DNA of 45,252 nucleotides from Salinirussus sp. (GTDB taxonomy: Archaea > Halobacteriota > Halobacteria > Halobacteriales > Haloarculaceae), in assembly GCA_028275005.1 (NCBI GenBank), contig JAQCNN010000069.1, positions 1 through 45,252 on the forward strand. The letters run 5' to 3'. This document shows positions 9,970 to 19,560 of this stretch, piece by piece. A model generated the notes under the pieces. It was not told the DNA's origin and searched no databases. It was given only the letters and a program-made list of their open reading frames with translations. A program made the position numbers and the translations under genes. Within the stretch, counting starts at the first letter, position 1. Each line of letters opens with the position of its first letter.

Positions 9970-11820
9970 TCAGTACGAGCGCTCCTTTGGCTCGTAGGTC
10001 TTCTCCTCGCCTTCGAGGATGACCGGCTTGTAGTAGAGGTCGGGGTCGCCGCCGTTCCATCGGAGCATCGTGTGTTTCAGCCAGTCCTCGTCACGGCGCT
10101 CCTGATGGTCCTTGCGCCAGTGGGCGCCACGGAACTCCTCGCGGGCCAGCGCACCGAGCGTGATCGCCTCCGCGAGGTCGATGACGTTGCGGGTCTCGAT
10201 GGTGTGGATGAGGTCGGTGTTGAACGTCCGCGAGGGGTCCGACACCGAGACATCCTGGTAGGCCTCACGGGCCTGCCGGATGTCCTCTAGAGCCGACTTC
10301 AGGTTGTCCTCCTCCCGGAAGACGTTGACATTCTCGGTCATCGTCTCCTGGATATCGTCCCGGACCTCGGCGTGGTTGATGCCGTCGCCCTCGAGGAGCG
10401 TTTCCACGCGCTCGCGCTCCCGGATGACAGTCTGTTCGACAACCTCCCCGGCCGTGGTGACGGCGCCACCGTCCGAGCGAACCTCGCCGCCGTCGGCGAC
10501 GGTATCGCCGGTCGCGGGCTTGACCGCACCCGGCTTTACCGGCGAGTCGACCGCGCCGTCCTCGCTCCGCGCGGAGGGGCCGGTTGGGATCTCGGCTTTG
10601 GCCATGTCACCGCCGGCGGCGTGCCGGCCGGCGCGGGCGCCAAAGACCAACAGCTCGGGCAGGGCGTTGCCACCCAGCCGGTTCGAGCCGTGTAGCGAGA
10701 CACAGGCACACTCCCCGGCGGCGTAGAGCCCGTTGATGCAGGTCTCGCCGTTCTCGTTGGTCTCGATCCCGCCCATCTCGTAGTGCTGGCCGGGTTTGAC
10801 CGGCATCGGCTCGTCCAGCCCGTCGACACCCTCGAAGTCCTCCGCGAGGTGGAGGATATTCTCGAGGCGGTCGACGATCCGCTCCTCGCCGAGGTGGCGC
10901 ATGTCGAGTTCGACGTACTCGTCGTCGATCCCGCGGCCCTCGTTGACCTCCGTCAACTCCGCCCGCGAGACGACGTCCCGGGAGGCGAGTTCGCCCTCGT
11001 TGTTCGCGTAGCCGTGCTCGAACATGAACCGCTCCTCCTCCCCGTTGTAGAGGATCCCGCCCTCGCCGCGGACACCCTCGCTGATCAGGACGCCCGTCGA
11101 TGGCAGGGTGGTCGGGTGGAACTGGACGAACTCCATGTCCTCCAGGGGGACGCCGGCGCGGTAGGCCATCGCCGGCCCGTCACCGGTGTTCGCGACCGCG
11201 TTCGTCGTGTGGTCGTACACCTGCCCCGGGCCGCCGGTGGCCAGGATAACCCCGTCACGTGCGTGGAAGCCGGCGACCTCGCCGGTCTTGATGTCGTAGG
11301 CCGCACAGCCGTAGCATCTCCGGTCCTCCGGGTCCTCGTGGTCGGTGACCGCCAGGTCCGAGACGTACCACTCGTCGTAGACCTCGATCCCTCGTTTGAC
11401 CACCTGCTCGTACATCGTGTGCAGGAGGTGGTGGCCGGTCTCGGCGCCGGCGTAGGTCGTCCGGGGGAAGGAGAGCCCGCCGAAGGGTCGCTGAGACACC
11501 TTGCCGTCCTCCTCCCGCGAGAACGGCATCCCCCAGTGTTCGAGTTGAATAACCTCGTCGGGGGCGTCCTGGGCGAACGTGTCGATGGCAGGGGCATCGC
11601 CGAGGTAGTCAGACCCCTTCATCGTATCGTACGCGTGCAGTTCCCAGGAGTCCTCGTCGTGGAGCGCGGCGTTGATCCCGCCCTCGGCCGCCCCGGTGTG
11701 GCTACGCACCGGGTGTAACTTCGAAACCAGTGCGACGTCTGCTCCCTCTTCGTGTGCCGCGATCGCCGCGCGCATCCCGGCACCGCCTGCGCCGACCACG
11801 ATGACATCGTGTTCGTTCAT
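9970..11820 (-). CDS. sdhA: succinate dehydrogenase flavoprotein subunit
   Basis: GAGGAG FAD-binding motif, RSHTGAAEGG (covalent-FAD His), QFHPT, SEGVRGEGG, ELASRDVVSR, HYEMGG, HGSNRLGGNAL. Confidence 0.95.
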   Translation of the reverse strand: MNEHDVIVVGAGGAGMRAAIAAHEEGADVALVSKLHPVRSHTGAAEGGINAALHDEDSWELHAYDTMKGSDYLGDAPAIDTFAQDAPDEVIQLEHWGMPFSREEDGKVSQRPFGGLSFPRTTYAGAETGHHLLHTMYEQVVKRGIEVYDEWYVSDLAVTDHEDPEDRRCYGCAAYDIKTGEVAGFHARDGVILATGGPGQVYDHTTNAVANTGDGPAMAYRAGVPLEDMEFVQFHPTTLPSTGVLISEGVRGEGGILYNGEEERFMFEHGYANNEGELASRDVVSRAELTEVNEGRGIDDEYVELDMRHLGEERIVDRLENILHLAEDFEGVDGLDEPMPVKPGQHYEMGGIETNENGETCINGLYAAGECACVSLHGSNRLGGNALPELLVFGARAGRHAAGGDMAKAEIPTGPSARSEDGAVDSPVKPGAVKPATGDTVADGGEVRSDGGAVTTAGEVVEQTVIRERERVETLLEGDGINHAEVRDDIQETMTENVNVFREEDNLKSALEDIRQAREAYQDVSVSDPSRTFNTDLIHTIETRNVIDLAEAITLGALAREEFRGAHWRKDHQERRDEDWLKHTMLRWNGGDPDLYYKPVILEGEEKTYEPKERSY

Positions 11821-12030
11821 AGTTGATGGGTTGACTGGAGTGTTCTAATAGTTCCGGTTGCGGGCCCGGCGACGCTGTTAAGTTCGTCCACGCCTAGCCG
11901 GCTTGCTGAACTCGTTGCGTACGCGTGCCCGCCTCCGGTCGTACCAACCCCTAGGGCTACAGAAATTAAATGCTTCCGGCGTCTGCCCGGCCACGCTGGC
12001 AACACCAACAGCCGCTGGCCCGTCGTTGTG

Positions 12031-12110
12031 ATACTGCCGGCTGTACGTCTGTAACGAATTTCGCGACCCCGGGGTCGCGGATAGCTTCAAACAGTTACAG
12101 CCAGCAGTAT
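12031..12110. mobile_element. 80-bp MITE-like palindromic element
   Basis: Terminal inverted repeats ATACTGCCGGCTGTA / TACAGCCAGCAGTAT (14/15 match) and a central perfect palindrome CGCGACCCCGGGGTCGCG (12062-12079). Confidence 0.7.
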
Positions 12111-12155
12111 GAGTTCACCCGAACGCTTTTGCGACTCTCCGGTCCGGAGGGAACT

Positions 12156-13517
12156 ATGGGAGAGATTCCAGCGCCCGACCCCAGTCTCGCGGACGACCCC
12201 GTGTCACTCCTCCAGGGGCTCGTCCGGTTCGACACCACCAACCCGCCAGGCAACGAGCGCGACTGCGTGGCGTGGACCGAACGGCTGCTTGACGCCGCGG
12301 GCTTCGAGACCGACACGTACGCCAGCGACCCCGACCGCCCGAATCTCGTGGCCCGGCTCCCCGGTGACGGCCCGGCACCGCCGCTGCTGCTCTACGGTCA
12401 CGTGGATGTGGTCCCGACGGAGGGCCAGGACTGGACGCACCCGCCGTTCGAGGGGGTCATCGAGGACGGCTTCGTCTGGGGCCGTGGCACCCTCGACATG
12501 AAAGGTGGTGTGGCGATGCTGTTGGCCGCCGCGCTCCGGGCCGCCCGCGACGAGGTCGAGTTGGCGGGCGACCTCATGGTGATGATCGTCTCCGACGAGG
12601 AGGCCGGCGGCGAGGCGGGGGCGGCCTACATGGTCGAACAGCACCCCGAGCTGTTCGCCGACGTCGAGTACGCCATCGGGGAGTTTGGCGGCTTCCCGAT
12701 GACGGTCGCCGGGGAGCGGTTCTACCCGGTCCAACTCGACGAGAAGGCGATCTGCTGGTCACAGCTCACCTTCTCCGGGCCGGCGGGCCACGGTTCGACC
12801 CCCGGCGACGGCGGCGCGATGGCAGATATGGCCCGGGCTGTCACTGCGCTCACCGAGTCCCGACTCCCGGTCCACGCCATCCCGCCGGTCGAGGAGCTGC
12901 TCGAGGCCGTTGCCGCCGAACTCGACGCGGAGACAGGCGCACTCGTCCGAGACCTGCTCGACCCCGAGCGGGCCGACGACGCACTCGCCACACTGGACCA
13001 GGACGGCGGCATGATCGACGCCCTGCTACACAACACCGCCGCGCCGACCGTCGTCCGCGGCGGCGACAAGGAGAACGTCATTCCCGGGGAAGTGGAGCTG
13101 ACACTCGACTGCCGGCTCCTCCCGGGTCAGACCGCCGCGGACCTCGAGCGGGAACTGCGCGGCGTGGTTCCCGACGATATCGGCTTCGGGTTCGAGACAC
13201 TCCGGTACGAGGCCTTCCCCTCCGAGACCGACACCGGGCTGTTCGACCTGCTCGCGGAGACACTGGAGACGGCGGACCCCGAGGGAACGGTTGTCCCCTT
13301 CGTCCTCCCGGGCGGGACCGACGGCCGCCACCTCTCGCGGGTCGGTGTCCAGTCCTACGGGTACACGCCGATGCAACTCCCGGAGACGTTCTCGTTCATG
13401 GACACGATCCACGCGGCCGACGAGCGGATCCCCGTCGACGCCGTGGCGTTCGGCGCCGACCGGCTCACCGAGGTGGTCGGGGGGTACGTGGGGGGTGCCC
13501 CGGCCGGCGACGACTGA
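12156..13517 (+). CDS. M20/M25/M40 family metallo-hydrolase (ArgE/DapE-like)
   Basis: GHVDVVP, GRGTLDMKG, DEEAGG, GGTDGR, IHAADE; start MGEIP. Confidence 0.92.
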   Translation: MGEIPAPDPSLADDPVSLLQGLVRFDTTNPPGNERDCVAWTERLLDAAGFETDTYASDPDRPNLVARLPGDGPAPPLLLYGHVDVVPTEGQDWTHPPFEGVIEDGFVWGRGTLDMKGGVAMLLAAALRAARDEVELAGDLMVMIVSDEEAGGEAGAAYMVEQHPELFADVEYAIGEFGGFPMTVAGERFYPVQLDEKAICWSQLTFSGPAGHGSTPGDGGAMADMARAVTALTESRLPVHAIPPVEELLEAVAAELDAETGALVRDLLDPERADDALATLDQDGGMIDALLHNTAAPTVVRGGDKENVIPGEVELTLDCRLLPGQTAADLERELRGVVPDDIGFGFETLRYEAFPSETDTGLFDLLAETLETADPEGTVVPFVLPGGTDGRHLSRVGVQSYGYTPMQLPETFSFMDTIHAADERIPVDAVAFGADRLTEVVGGYVGGAPAGDD

Positions 13518-13550
13518 CCAGTGATACCGACGCGCCGCCGAGCCGGCGGC

Positions 13551-13868
13551 TCACATCCCCATGTCGTCGGCCCCGTCGGGGACGGGGATATCGTGCTGGG
13601 AGACCCTGAGCAACTCGGCGGCGTGGTCCATGGCCATGTCGAACCCGTAGTACCGCTCGAGCTCGTCGCCGTCGGCGCTCGGCCGCACCTTCAGCATGGC
13701 GTACCCCTCGATGTTCTGTGCGACTGCTGCCGTCTGCCCGTCGCGCTCGAAGGTGAGCAACCGCTCCGTCTCGGTCTCGCGGTACCGCGCCACGACCCCG
13801 TTCGCCTCGGCCGTCTCCTCGGGCTCACTGTCGGTGCCGTCCGCCTCGTCGGCTGTCCCATCACTCAT
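13551..13868 (-). CDS. conserved haloarchaeal hypothetical protein
   Basis: Acidic 105-aa ORF with AQNIEGYAMLKVR and ELERYYGFDMA; coding-like composition. Confidence 0.75.
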   Translation of the reverse strand: MSDGTADEADGTDSEPEETAEANGVVARYRETETERLLTFERDGQTAAVAQNIEGYAMLKVRPSADGDELERYYGFDMAMDHAAELLRVSQHDIPVPDGADDMGM

Positions 13869-13967
13869 AGCTCACACTCGGGCTGCAGACACCCAAACGT
13901 ACCGGTCCGCCGCCGGCCGGGACGAGAGAAGGGAAAGAACTCTGAGGTGGTGGCTCGTTGTCGCCTC

Positions 13968-14258
13968 ATGAAGTTCCTCCAGAGTGGCCGGCGCCGTGAC
14001 ATCTGTGCCCTGCTGGCAGACGACACGCTACAGGCCCAGGCACTGAAATCCCGGCTGGAATCACACTACGACGAACGCATCGAGCCACGCTCGTTTTATG
14101 CCGCCCTGGAGACACTGTCGGAGCAGGGGTTCGTCCGGGCGCGGACCGAGGGGATCCACGACGTGTACACGCTCACGGAGGCCGGCGAGCGCCGCCTGCG
14201 CGACCACTACGCGTGGCTCGGCGAGCAGGTCGGTGAGGCAGGGACGGCTGACCCCTGA
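13968..14258 (+). CDS. PadR-like winged-helix transcriptional regulator
   Basis: MKFLQSGRRRD..., FYAALETL, YTLTEAGERRL wing motif. Confidence 0.82.
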   Translation: MKFLQSGRRRDICALLADDTLQAQALKSRLESHYDERIEPRSFYAALETLSEQGFVRARTEGIHDVYTLTEAGERRLRDHYAWLGEQVGEAGTADP

Positions 14259-14373
14259 CCACGGCCGTGCCGACAGGCCTGTGAGGACGCTGTGACGCGC
14301 GGCCGGGGTCCGAGCGCGTCGTGACCGGCCACACCCCAAAAGAGCTTTACTGGCAGTCACCGCAAAGACGCCC

Positions 14374-15174
14374 ATGCGCCCCTTCGACGACACGCCACTG
14401 GCTAGGGACGGAAAAGTACTCATCGTCGCCTACGACCACGGGCTGGAACACGGCCCGGTCGACTTCGAGGACGTCCCCGAGAGCGCGGACCCCGAGCGGG
14501 TCTTCGAGGTGGCGACCCACGACGCCGTCACCACGCTCGCGGTCCAGAAAGGGGTCGCCGAGTCCTACTACTCCTCCTACGAGGACGACGTAAACCTGCT
14601 GACGAAGCTCAACGGCACCTCGAATCTCTGGATGGGTGAGCCGGACTCGGCGGTCAACTGCTCCGTCGAGTACGCCGCCGAGGAACTCGGCGCGGACGCG
14701 GTCGGCTTCACCCTCTATGGCGGCTCGAACAACGAGGTCGAGATGGCCGAGGAGTTCCGTGACGCCCAGGAACGGGCCCGGGAGTACGACCTTCCGGTGG
14801 TGCTGTGGTCGTACCCCCGTGGCCAGGGGCTGAAAAATGAAAAGAACCCCGACACGATCGCCTACGCTACCCGACAGGCCCACGAACTCGGCGCCGACGT
14901 CGCGAAGGTGAAATACCCCGGCAGCAGGGACGCGATGGAGCAGGCGGTGCGGATGGCCGGCCGGACGAAGGTCGTCATGTCCGGCGGCTCGAAGACATCG
15001 GACCGGGAGTTCCTGGAGAGTGTGAAGGCGGTCATCGACGCCGGCGGCGCGGGGCTGGCCGTCGGTCGGAACGTCTTCCAGCGGGAGAACCCCGGCCGGA
15101 TTCTCGACGCGCTAGAGCAGGTCATCTACGAGGAGGCCTCGGTCGACACCGCGCTGGCGGCGGCCGGGGACTGA
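14374..15174 (+). CDS. fba: class I fructose-bisphosphate aldolase (DhnA type)
   Basis: AYDHGLEHGP, LWSYPRG, ELGADVAKVKYP (Schiff-base Lys), GLAVGRNVFQ. Confidence 0.95.
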   Translation: MRPFDDTPLARDGKVLIVAYDHGLEHGPVDFEDVPESADPERVFEVATHDAVTTLAVQKGVAESYYSSYEDDVNLLTKLNGTSNLWMGEPDSAVNCSVEYAAEELGADAVGFTLYGGSNNEVEMAEEFRDAQERAREYDLPVVLWSYPRGQGLKNEKNPDTIAYATRQAHELGADVAKVKYPGSRDAMEQAVRMAGRTKVVMSGGSKTSDREFLESVKAVIDAGGAGLAVGRNVFQRENPGRILDALEQVIYEEASVDTALAAAGD

Positions 15175-15175
15175 G

Positions 15176-16066
15176 ATGGGCGACGAGCGCGAGCGCCCCC
15201 CCGGGGCCGACGGTACCGTCGATGCTATCGCGGCTGTCGTCACCGACACGGCCGCCGATATCCGGGCGGCGCTGGCCGACCGGCGCTCCTACGAGACCGC
15301 CGAGAACCCGACCGGCGACCGCCAGCTCGCCGCCGACGTGTACGCCGACCGGCTGCTCGAGGACCGACTGCTCGGTCTCGAAGGGGTCACCGGCTACGCC
15401 AGCGAGGAGCAGGAGGGTGTGGTGACCGCCGACGGTCACGAGGCTGCGGCGGGGGCGTACGTCGCCTGTGACCCGCTCGACGGCTCCTCGAACCTCCGGT
15501 CGAACAACGGTATGGGCACCGTCATCGGCGTCTACGACGAGCCGCTTCCGGCGGGCGGGGACGCACTCCTCGCGGCGGGCTACGTCCTCTACGGGCCGAT
15601 TACGACGATGGTCTGGGCGCAGGCCGGCACCGTGACAGAGTACCTCATCGAAGCCGGCGAGCGGGAGGTGCTGACCGAGGACGTCACCCTCCCGGAGGAC
15701 CCGACGGTCTACGGCTTTGGCGGCCGGGTTCCGGACTGGCCTGCCGACTTTGCGGGCTTCGTCGAGGGGGTCGAAGCCGACCGGCTGAAGCTCCGGTACG
15801 GCGGCGCCATGGTCGCGGACGTGAACCAGGTGTTGACCTACGGCGGCCTCTTTGGCTACCCGATGCTCGCGGACGCCCCCGACGGCAAACTCCGGCTCCA
15901 GTTCGAGGGACACCCGATCGCCGCCGTCGTCGAGGCGGCGGGCGGGGCCTCCTCCGACGGCGATATCTCCCTGCTCGCGAGGACGCCCGGTGCCCTCCAC
16001 GAGCGCTCACCGGTCTTTGTCGGGGACGCGGGGCTGGTCGAGCGCCTGGAGACGGCGCTGTCCTGA
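15176..16066 (+). CDS. fbp: class 1 fructose-1,6-bisphosphatase
   Basis: ASEE, DPLDGSSN, YVLYGP, LRYGGAMVAD, GKLRLQFE. Confidence 0.95.
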   Translation: MGDERERPPGADGTVDAIAAVVTDTAADIRAALADRRSYETAENPTGDRQLAADVYADRLLEDRLLGLEGVTGYASEEQEGVVTADGHEAAAGAYVACDPLDGSSNLRSNNGMGTVIGVYDEPLPAGGDALLAAGYVLYGPITTMVWAQAGTVTEYLIEAGEREVLTEDVTLPEDPTVYGFGGRVPDWPADFAGFVEGVEADRLKLRYGGAMVADVNQVLTYGGLFGYPMLADAPDGKLRLQFEGHPIAAVVEAAGGASSDGDISLLARTPGALHERSPVFVGDAGLVERLETALS

Positions 16067-16135
16067 GCGTCGCCCCCGGCCGGGCTCGTTGCCGGTGTGC
16101 GCCATCTATTTCCCTACCACTCGGATACATGTCGT

Positions 16136-17389
16136 ATGAGTGAGGACGTCAACCCCTTCGAGAGCATGCAGGAGCAGATCGACGACGCCGCGGCCTACCT
16201 CGACATCGCTCCGGGCATGCTGGCACGTCTCAAACACCCCGAGCGGGTGCTCGAGACGACATTGGCGGTCGAGTTGGACGACGGCTCGGTCGAGACCTTC
16301 CAGGCCTACCGCTCGCAGTTCAACGGCGACCGCGGCCCCTACAAAGGCGGGGTTCGCTACCACCCCGGCGTGAACCGCGACGAGGTAAAGGCGCTGTCGG
16401 GGTGGATGGTCTACAAGTGTGCCGCGGTCGACATCCCCTTCGGCGGGGGCAAAGGGGGGATCGCGATCGACCCGGCCGACTACTCGGCCGCCGAACTCGA
16501 GCGGGTCACCCGCGCCTACACCGAGGAACTCCGCCCGCTCATCGGGACGGACCGGGATATCCCCGCGCCGGACGTGAACACCGGCCAGCGGGAGATGAAC
16601 TGGATGAAGGACACCTACGAGAGCCTCGAACACACCACGGAGCCGGGTGTTGTCACGGGTAAGGCCGTCGAGAGCGGGGGCAGCGAGGGCCGGGTGGAGG
16701 CGACGGGCCGGTCGGTCTCACTCGTCGCCCGCGAGGCCTTCGCCTACCGCGGCGGGGATGTCGCCGACGCGACCGTCGCCGTCCAGGGCTATGGGAACGC
16801 GGGCTGGGTTGCGGCGAACCTGCTCGGCGAGATGGGCGCGACCGTCGTCGCGGTCAGCGACTCAAGCGGCGCCATCCACGACCCCGAGGGGCTGGAGCCC
16901 GAGGCCGTCAAGCGTCACAAGCGTGACACCGGTAGTGTGGCCGGCTTCGAGGGCACCGACACGTGGACCAACCGGGACCTCCTCACCGCTGACGTGGACC
17001 TGCTCGTCCCTGCCGCACTCGAGAACGCCGTCGACGCCGACATCGCAGCCGACGTCTCCGCGGCCATCATCGTCGAGGCGGCCAACGGCCCGTTGACCCC
17101 TGACGCCGACGCCGTCCTCGAGGGCGAGGACGTGCTCGTCGTCCCGGATATCCTCGCCAACGCCGGCGGCGTGACGGTCTCGTACTTCGAGTGGGTCCAA
17201 AACCGCCAGCGGTTCGGCTGGACCGAACAGCGGGTCGTCGACGAACTCGAGCGGGTCATCACCGACGCCTTCGACGAACTGGTAGAAACCTTCGAGGCGC
17301 GCGGCCTCTCGACGTTCCGGGAGGCGATGTACGTCGTTGCCCTCGAGCGCGTCCGCCGTGCGGCCGAACAGTCCGGCGTCTGGCCCTGA
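16136..17389 (+). CDS. gdhA: glutamate dehydrogenase (ELFV family)
   Basis: [47 protein letters not shown]; start MSEDVNPF. Confidence 0.95.
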   Translation: MSEDVNPFESMQEQIDDAAAYLDIAPGMLARLKHPERVLETTLAVELDDGSVETFQAYRSQFNGDRGPYKGGVRYHPGVNRDEVKALSGWMVYKCAAVDIPFGGGKGGIAIDPADYSAAELERVTRAYTEELRPLIGTDRDIPAPDVNTGQREMNWMKDTYESLEHTTEPGVVTGKAVESGGSEGRVEATGRSVSLVAREAFAYRGGDVADATVAVQGYGNAGWVAANLLGEMGATVVAVSDSSGAIHDPEGLEPEAVKRHKRDTGSVAGFEGTDTWTNRDLLTADVDLLVPAALENAVDADIAADVSAAIIVEAANGPLTPDADAVLEGEDVLVVPDILANAGGVTVSYFEWVQNRQRFGWTEQRVVDELERVITDAFDELVETFEARGLSTFREAMYVVALERVRRAAEQSGVWP

Positions 17390-17479
17390 GCCGCTACGCC
17401 ACACAGCGACTCGCCGGCCACAGGAACGTGTGAACTGCCCGGCCGCCTGGCGTCCGTCACTGGCCCCGGGCGCGGTGGC

Positions 17480-17878
17480 TCAGTGACCGTCGACGTCCTC
17501 CTTCCAGACCAGTCCCTCGATGGTCGCGGTCAGCACCGTCTCCCCCTCGGTGTTACTACAGACCACCTCCGAGGTGACATCGTAACGGTCCTCGCGCTCG
17601 ACGACGGCCTCGGTCCGGGACTCGCAGGTAACGGGCTCGCCGGTGTAGACCGGGCGGTGGAACTCGAAGTCCATCCGGCGGGCCAACATCTCGCTGTCCC
17701 CGCCAAGTTTCGTCGGCATCGTCGCCGTCAGCAGCCCCTGGACCATCACGCGCCCGTCCTCGTCGGGTTCGGTGTGGCGGGGCTGGTCGTCGCCGGTCAA
17801 CTCCCCGAACTGCTCGACCTCCTCGACCGTGAACGTCCGCTCGTAGCTGTTCGTCTCGCCTTCGACGGGTCTGTCCAT
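17480..17878 (-). CDS. MaoC-like hotdog-fold dehydratase
   Basis: F-x-x-LTGDDQPRH, VQGLLT, FHRPVYTGE. Confidence 0.85.
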   Translation of the reverse strand: MDRPVEGETNSYERTFTVEEVEQFGELTGDDQPRHTEPDEDGRVMVQGLLTATMPTKLGGDSEMLARRMDFEFHRPVYTGEPVTCESRTEAVVEREDRYDVTSEVVCSNTEGETVLTATIEGLVWKEDVDGH

Positions 17879-17954
17879 GCGGGAGCGGACGGCCCGCTGA
17901 TAAAAAAGAACCGTGAGAGGCGGTTGCCATCGTAGTCCTGGGCGGTACGAGCAT

Positions 17955-18066
17955 CCGCGCGAACGGGGTGAGCGCGGTTCACCGGACGCGAGCGCAGCGA
18001 GCGTCCGGCTTTTTTCAGTATGTTTTATGCTGAGCGGTGGCCTCCGGCCACCCGAGGCAAAAAAAG
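17955..18066. repeat. multi-hairpin REP-like intergenic element that may double as a terminator
   Basis: Hairpins CCGCGC/GCGCGG (17955-17977), CCGGACGC/GCGTCCGG (17982-18008) followed by a T-run, and GGTGGCC/GGCCACC (18036-18052) followed by an A-run. Confidence 0.6.
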
Positions 18067-18069
18067 TAG

Positions 18070-19281
18070 CTACGCGAACGTCCGGGAGACGTCCTCGTCG
18101 GTCTCCTCGTTTTGGATCTTCCCGTAGGCGGTCTCGAAGTCCGACATCTGGACGGTGGTACGCTCGTCGCGGATGGCGAACATCCCGGCCTCGGTACAGA
18201 TCGCCTTTATGTCTGCGCCGGAGGCGTCGTCGGCCATCTCGGCGAGGCTGGCGTAGTCGAGGTCGTCGTCGATGCTCATATCCCGGGTGTGGATCTGGAA
18301 GATCTGGTCACGACCGCGCTCGTCGGGCTTTGGCACCTCGATGAGGCGGTCGAAGCGGCCGGGGCGGAGGATGGCGCGGTCGAGCATGTCGAAGCGGTTG
18401 GTGGCGGCGATGATGCTGATCTCACCGCGGTCCTCGAAGCCGTCCATCTCCGAGAGCAACTGCATCATGGTCCGCTGGACCTCGGCGTCCCCGGAGGTCT
18501 TTGACTCGGTGCGCTTGGCGGCGATGGCGTCGATCTCGTCGATGAAAATGACGGCGGGCTCGCGCTCCCGGGCCAACTCGAACAGGTCGCGGACGAGCTT
18601 TGCGCCCTCGCCGATGAACTTGTGGACCAGCTCCGAGCCAGCCATCTTGATGAAGTGGGCGTCGGTCTGGTTGGCGACGGCCTTTGCGAGCATCGTCTTG
18701 CCCGTGCCGGGTGGCCCGTGTAGGAGCACACCGGAGGGGGGGTCGATCCCGACCTCGTCGAACATGCCGGGGTTCTTCAGGGGCATCTCGACGGTCTCGC
18801 GGACCTCCTCGACCTGGTCCTCGATGCCGCCGATGTCCTGGTAGTTGACCCCGGGTGACTCGTCGACCTCCATGACGCGGGCCCGGACGTCGGTCTCGTC
18901 GTTGAGCGTCTTGACGACCGACAGGGAGTTGTTGACCGCGACCCGGGAGTCCGGCTCGAGGTCGTCGCGCATCTCCTCGGTCACCTCGGTCAGCGCCTCC
19001 TGGTTGTTGCCGTGCTGCTTGATGATGACGCCGTCGTCGTTGACCTCCTGGACCGTCGCCACGAACAGCGGGGACTGCTTGAGTTTCTTGTTCTCGTGGG
19101 TCAGCCGCTCGAGCTTCTGCTGGTATTTGTTGTTCTCTGCGTTGGCGTCGAGTAGCTTGTCCCGCATCTCCTCGTTCTGGGACTCGAGGACCTCGAGGCG
19201 CTCCTCCAGGGACTCGATTTTCTCCTGGTTGGAGGCGCCCTTGTCGTAGGGCCACTCGACATCGTCCACGGTGTCAGTCAT
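18070..19281 (-). CDS. panA: proteasome-activating nucleotidase PanA/Pan1
   Basis: N-terminal coiled coil, OB domain, [36 protein letters not shown]. Confidence 0.96.
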   Translation of the reverse strand: MTDTVDDVEWPYDKGASNQEKIESLEERLEVLESQNEEMRDKLLDANAENNKYQQKLERLTHENKKLKQSPLFVATVQEVNDDGVIIKQHGNNQEALTEVTEEMRDDLEPDSRVAVNNSLSVVKTLNDETDVRARVMEVDESPGVNYQDIGGIEDQVEEVRETVEMPLKNPGMFDEVGIDPPSGVLLHGPPGTGKTMLAKAVANQTDAHFIKMAGSELVHKFIGEGAKLVRDLFELAREREPAVIFIDEIDAIAAKRTESKTSGDAEVQRTMMQLLSEMDGFEDRGEISIIAATNRFDMLDRAILRPGRFDRLIEVPKPDERGRDQIFQIHTRDMSIDDDLDYASLAEMADDASGADIKAICTEAGMFAIRDERTTVQMSDFETAYGKIQNEETDEDVSRTFA

Positions 19282-19560
19282 TCGACTATGGATAGGGTCT
19301 GGCGCATTAAGAGGGTTCGGGTCAGTTCACTCACCGGGCTGACCGCCCGCTGTGCGTTTCGGCGAGACCCACCCGAATCAGCGAGGGGTCCCCGGATACG
19401 GGGCCACCGACAACGCAAAACACAGCGCGTGGCGACCCACCCCTTCGTCGGGGAGAGACTGCGACCCGGGGGCGCCGGACGCACCGCTCCCCCTGGGTCC
19501 GGGCTTCAGTTTCACCCCGGTCCAGGAACCCATTTACACGGGGGTATCATATGGCGGCCA

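Noticed and set aside
9652-10290. 212-aa + strand ORF downstream of the tRNA
   Set aside because: Atypical non-acidic composition, and it overlaps sdhA antisense; more likely non-coding.
14330-14373. TrmB operator upstream of fba-fbp
   Set aside because: No convincing TACT-N7/8-GAGTA match was found.
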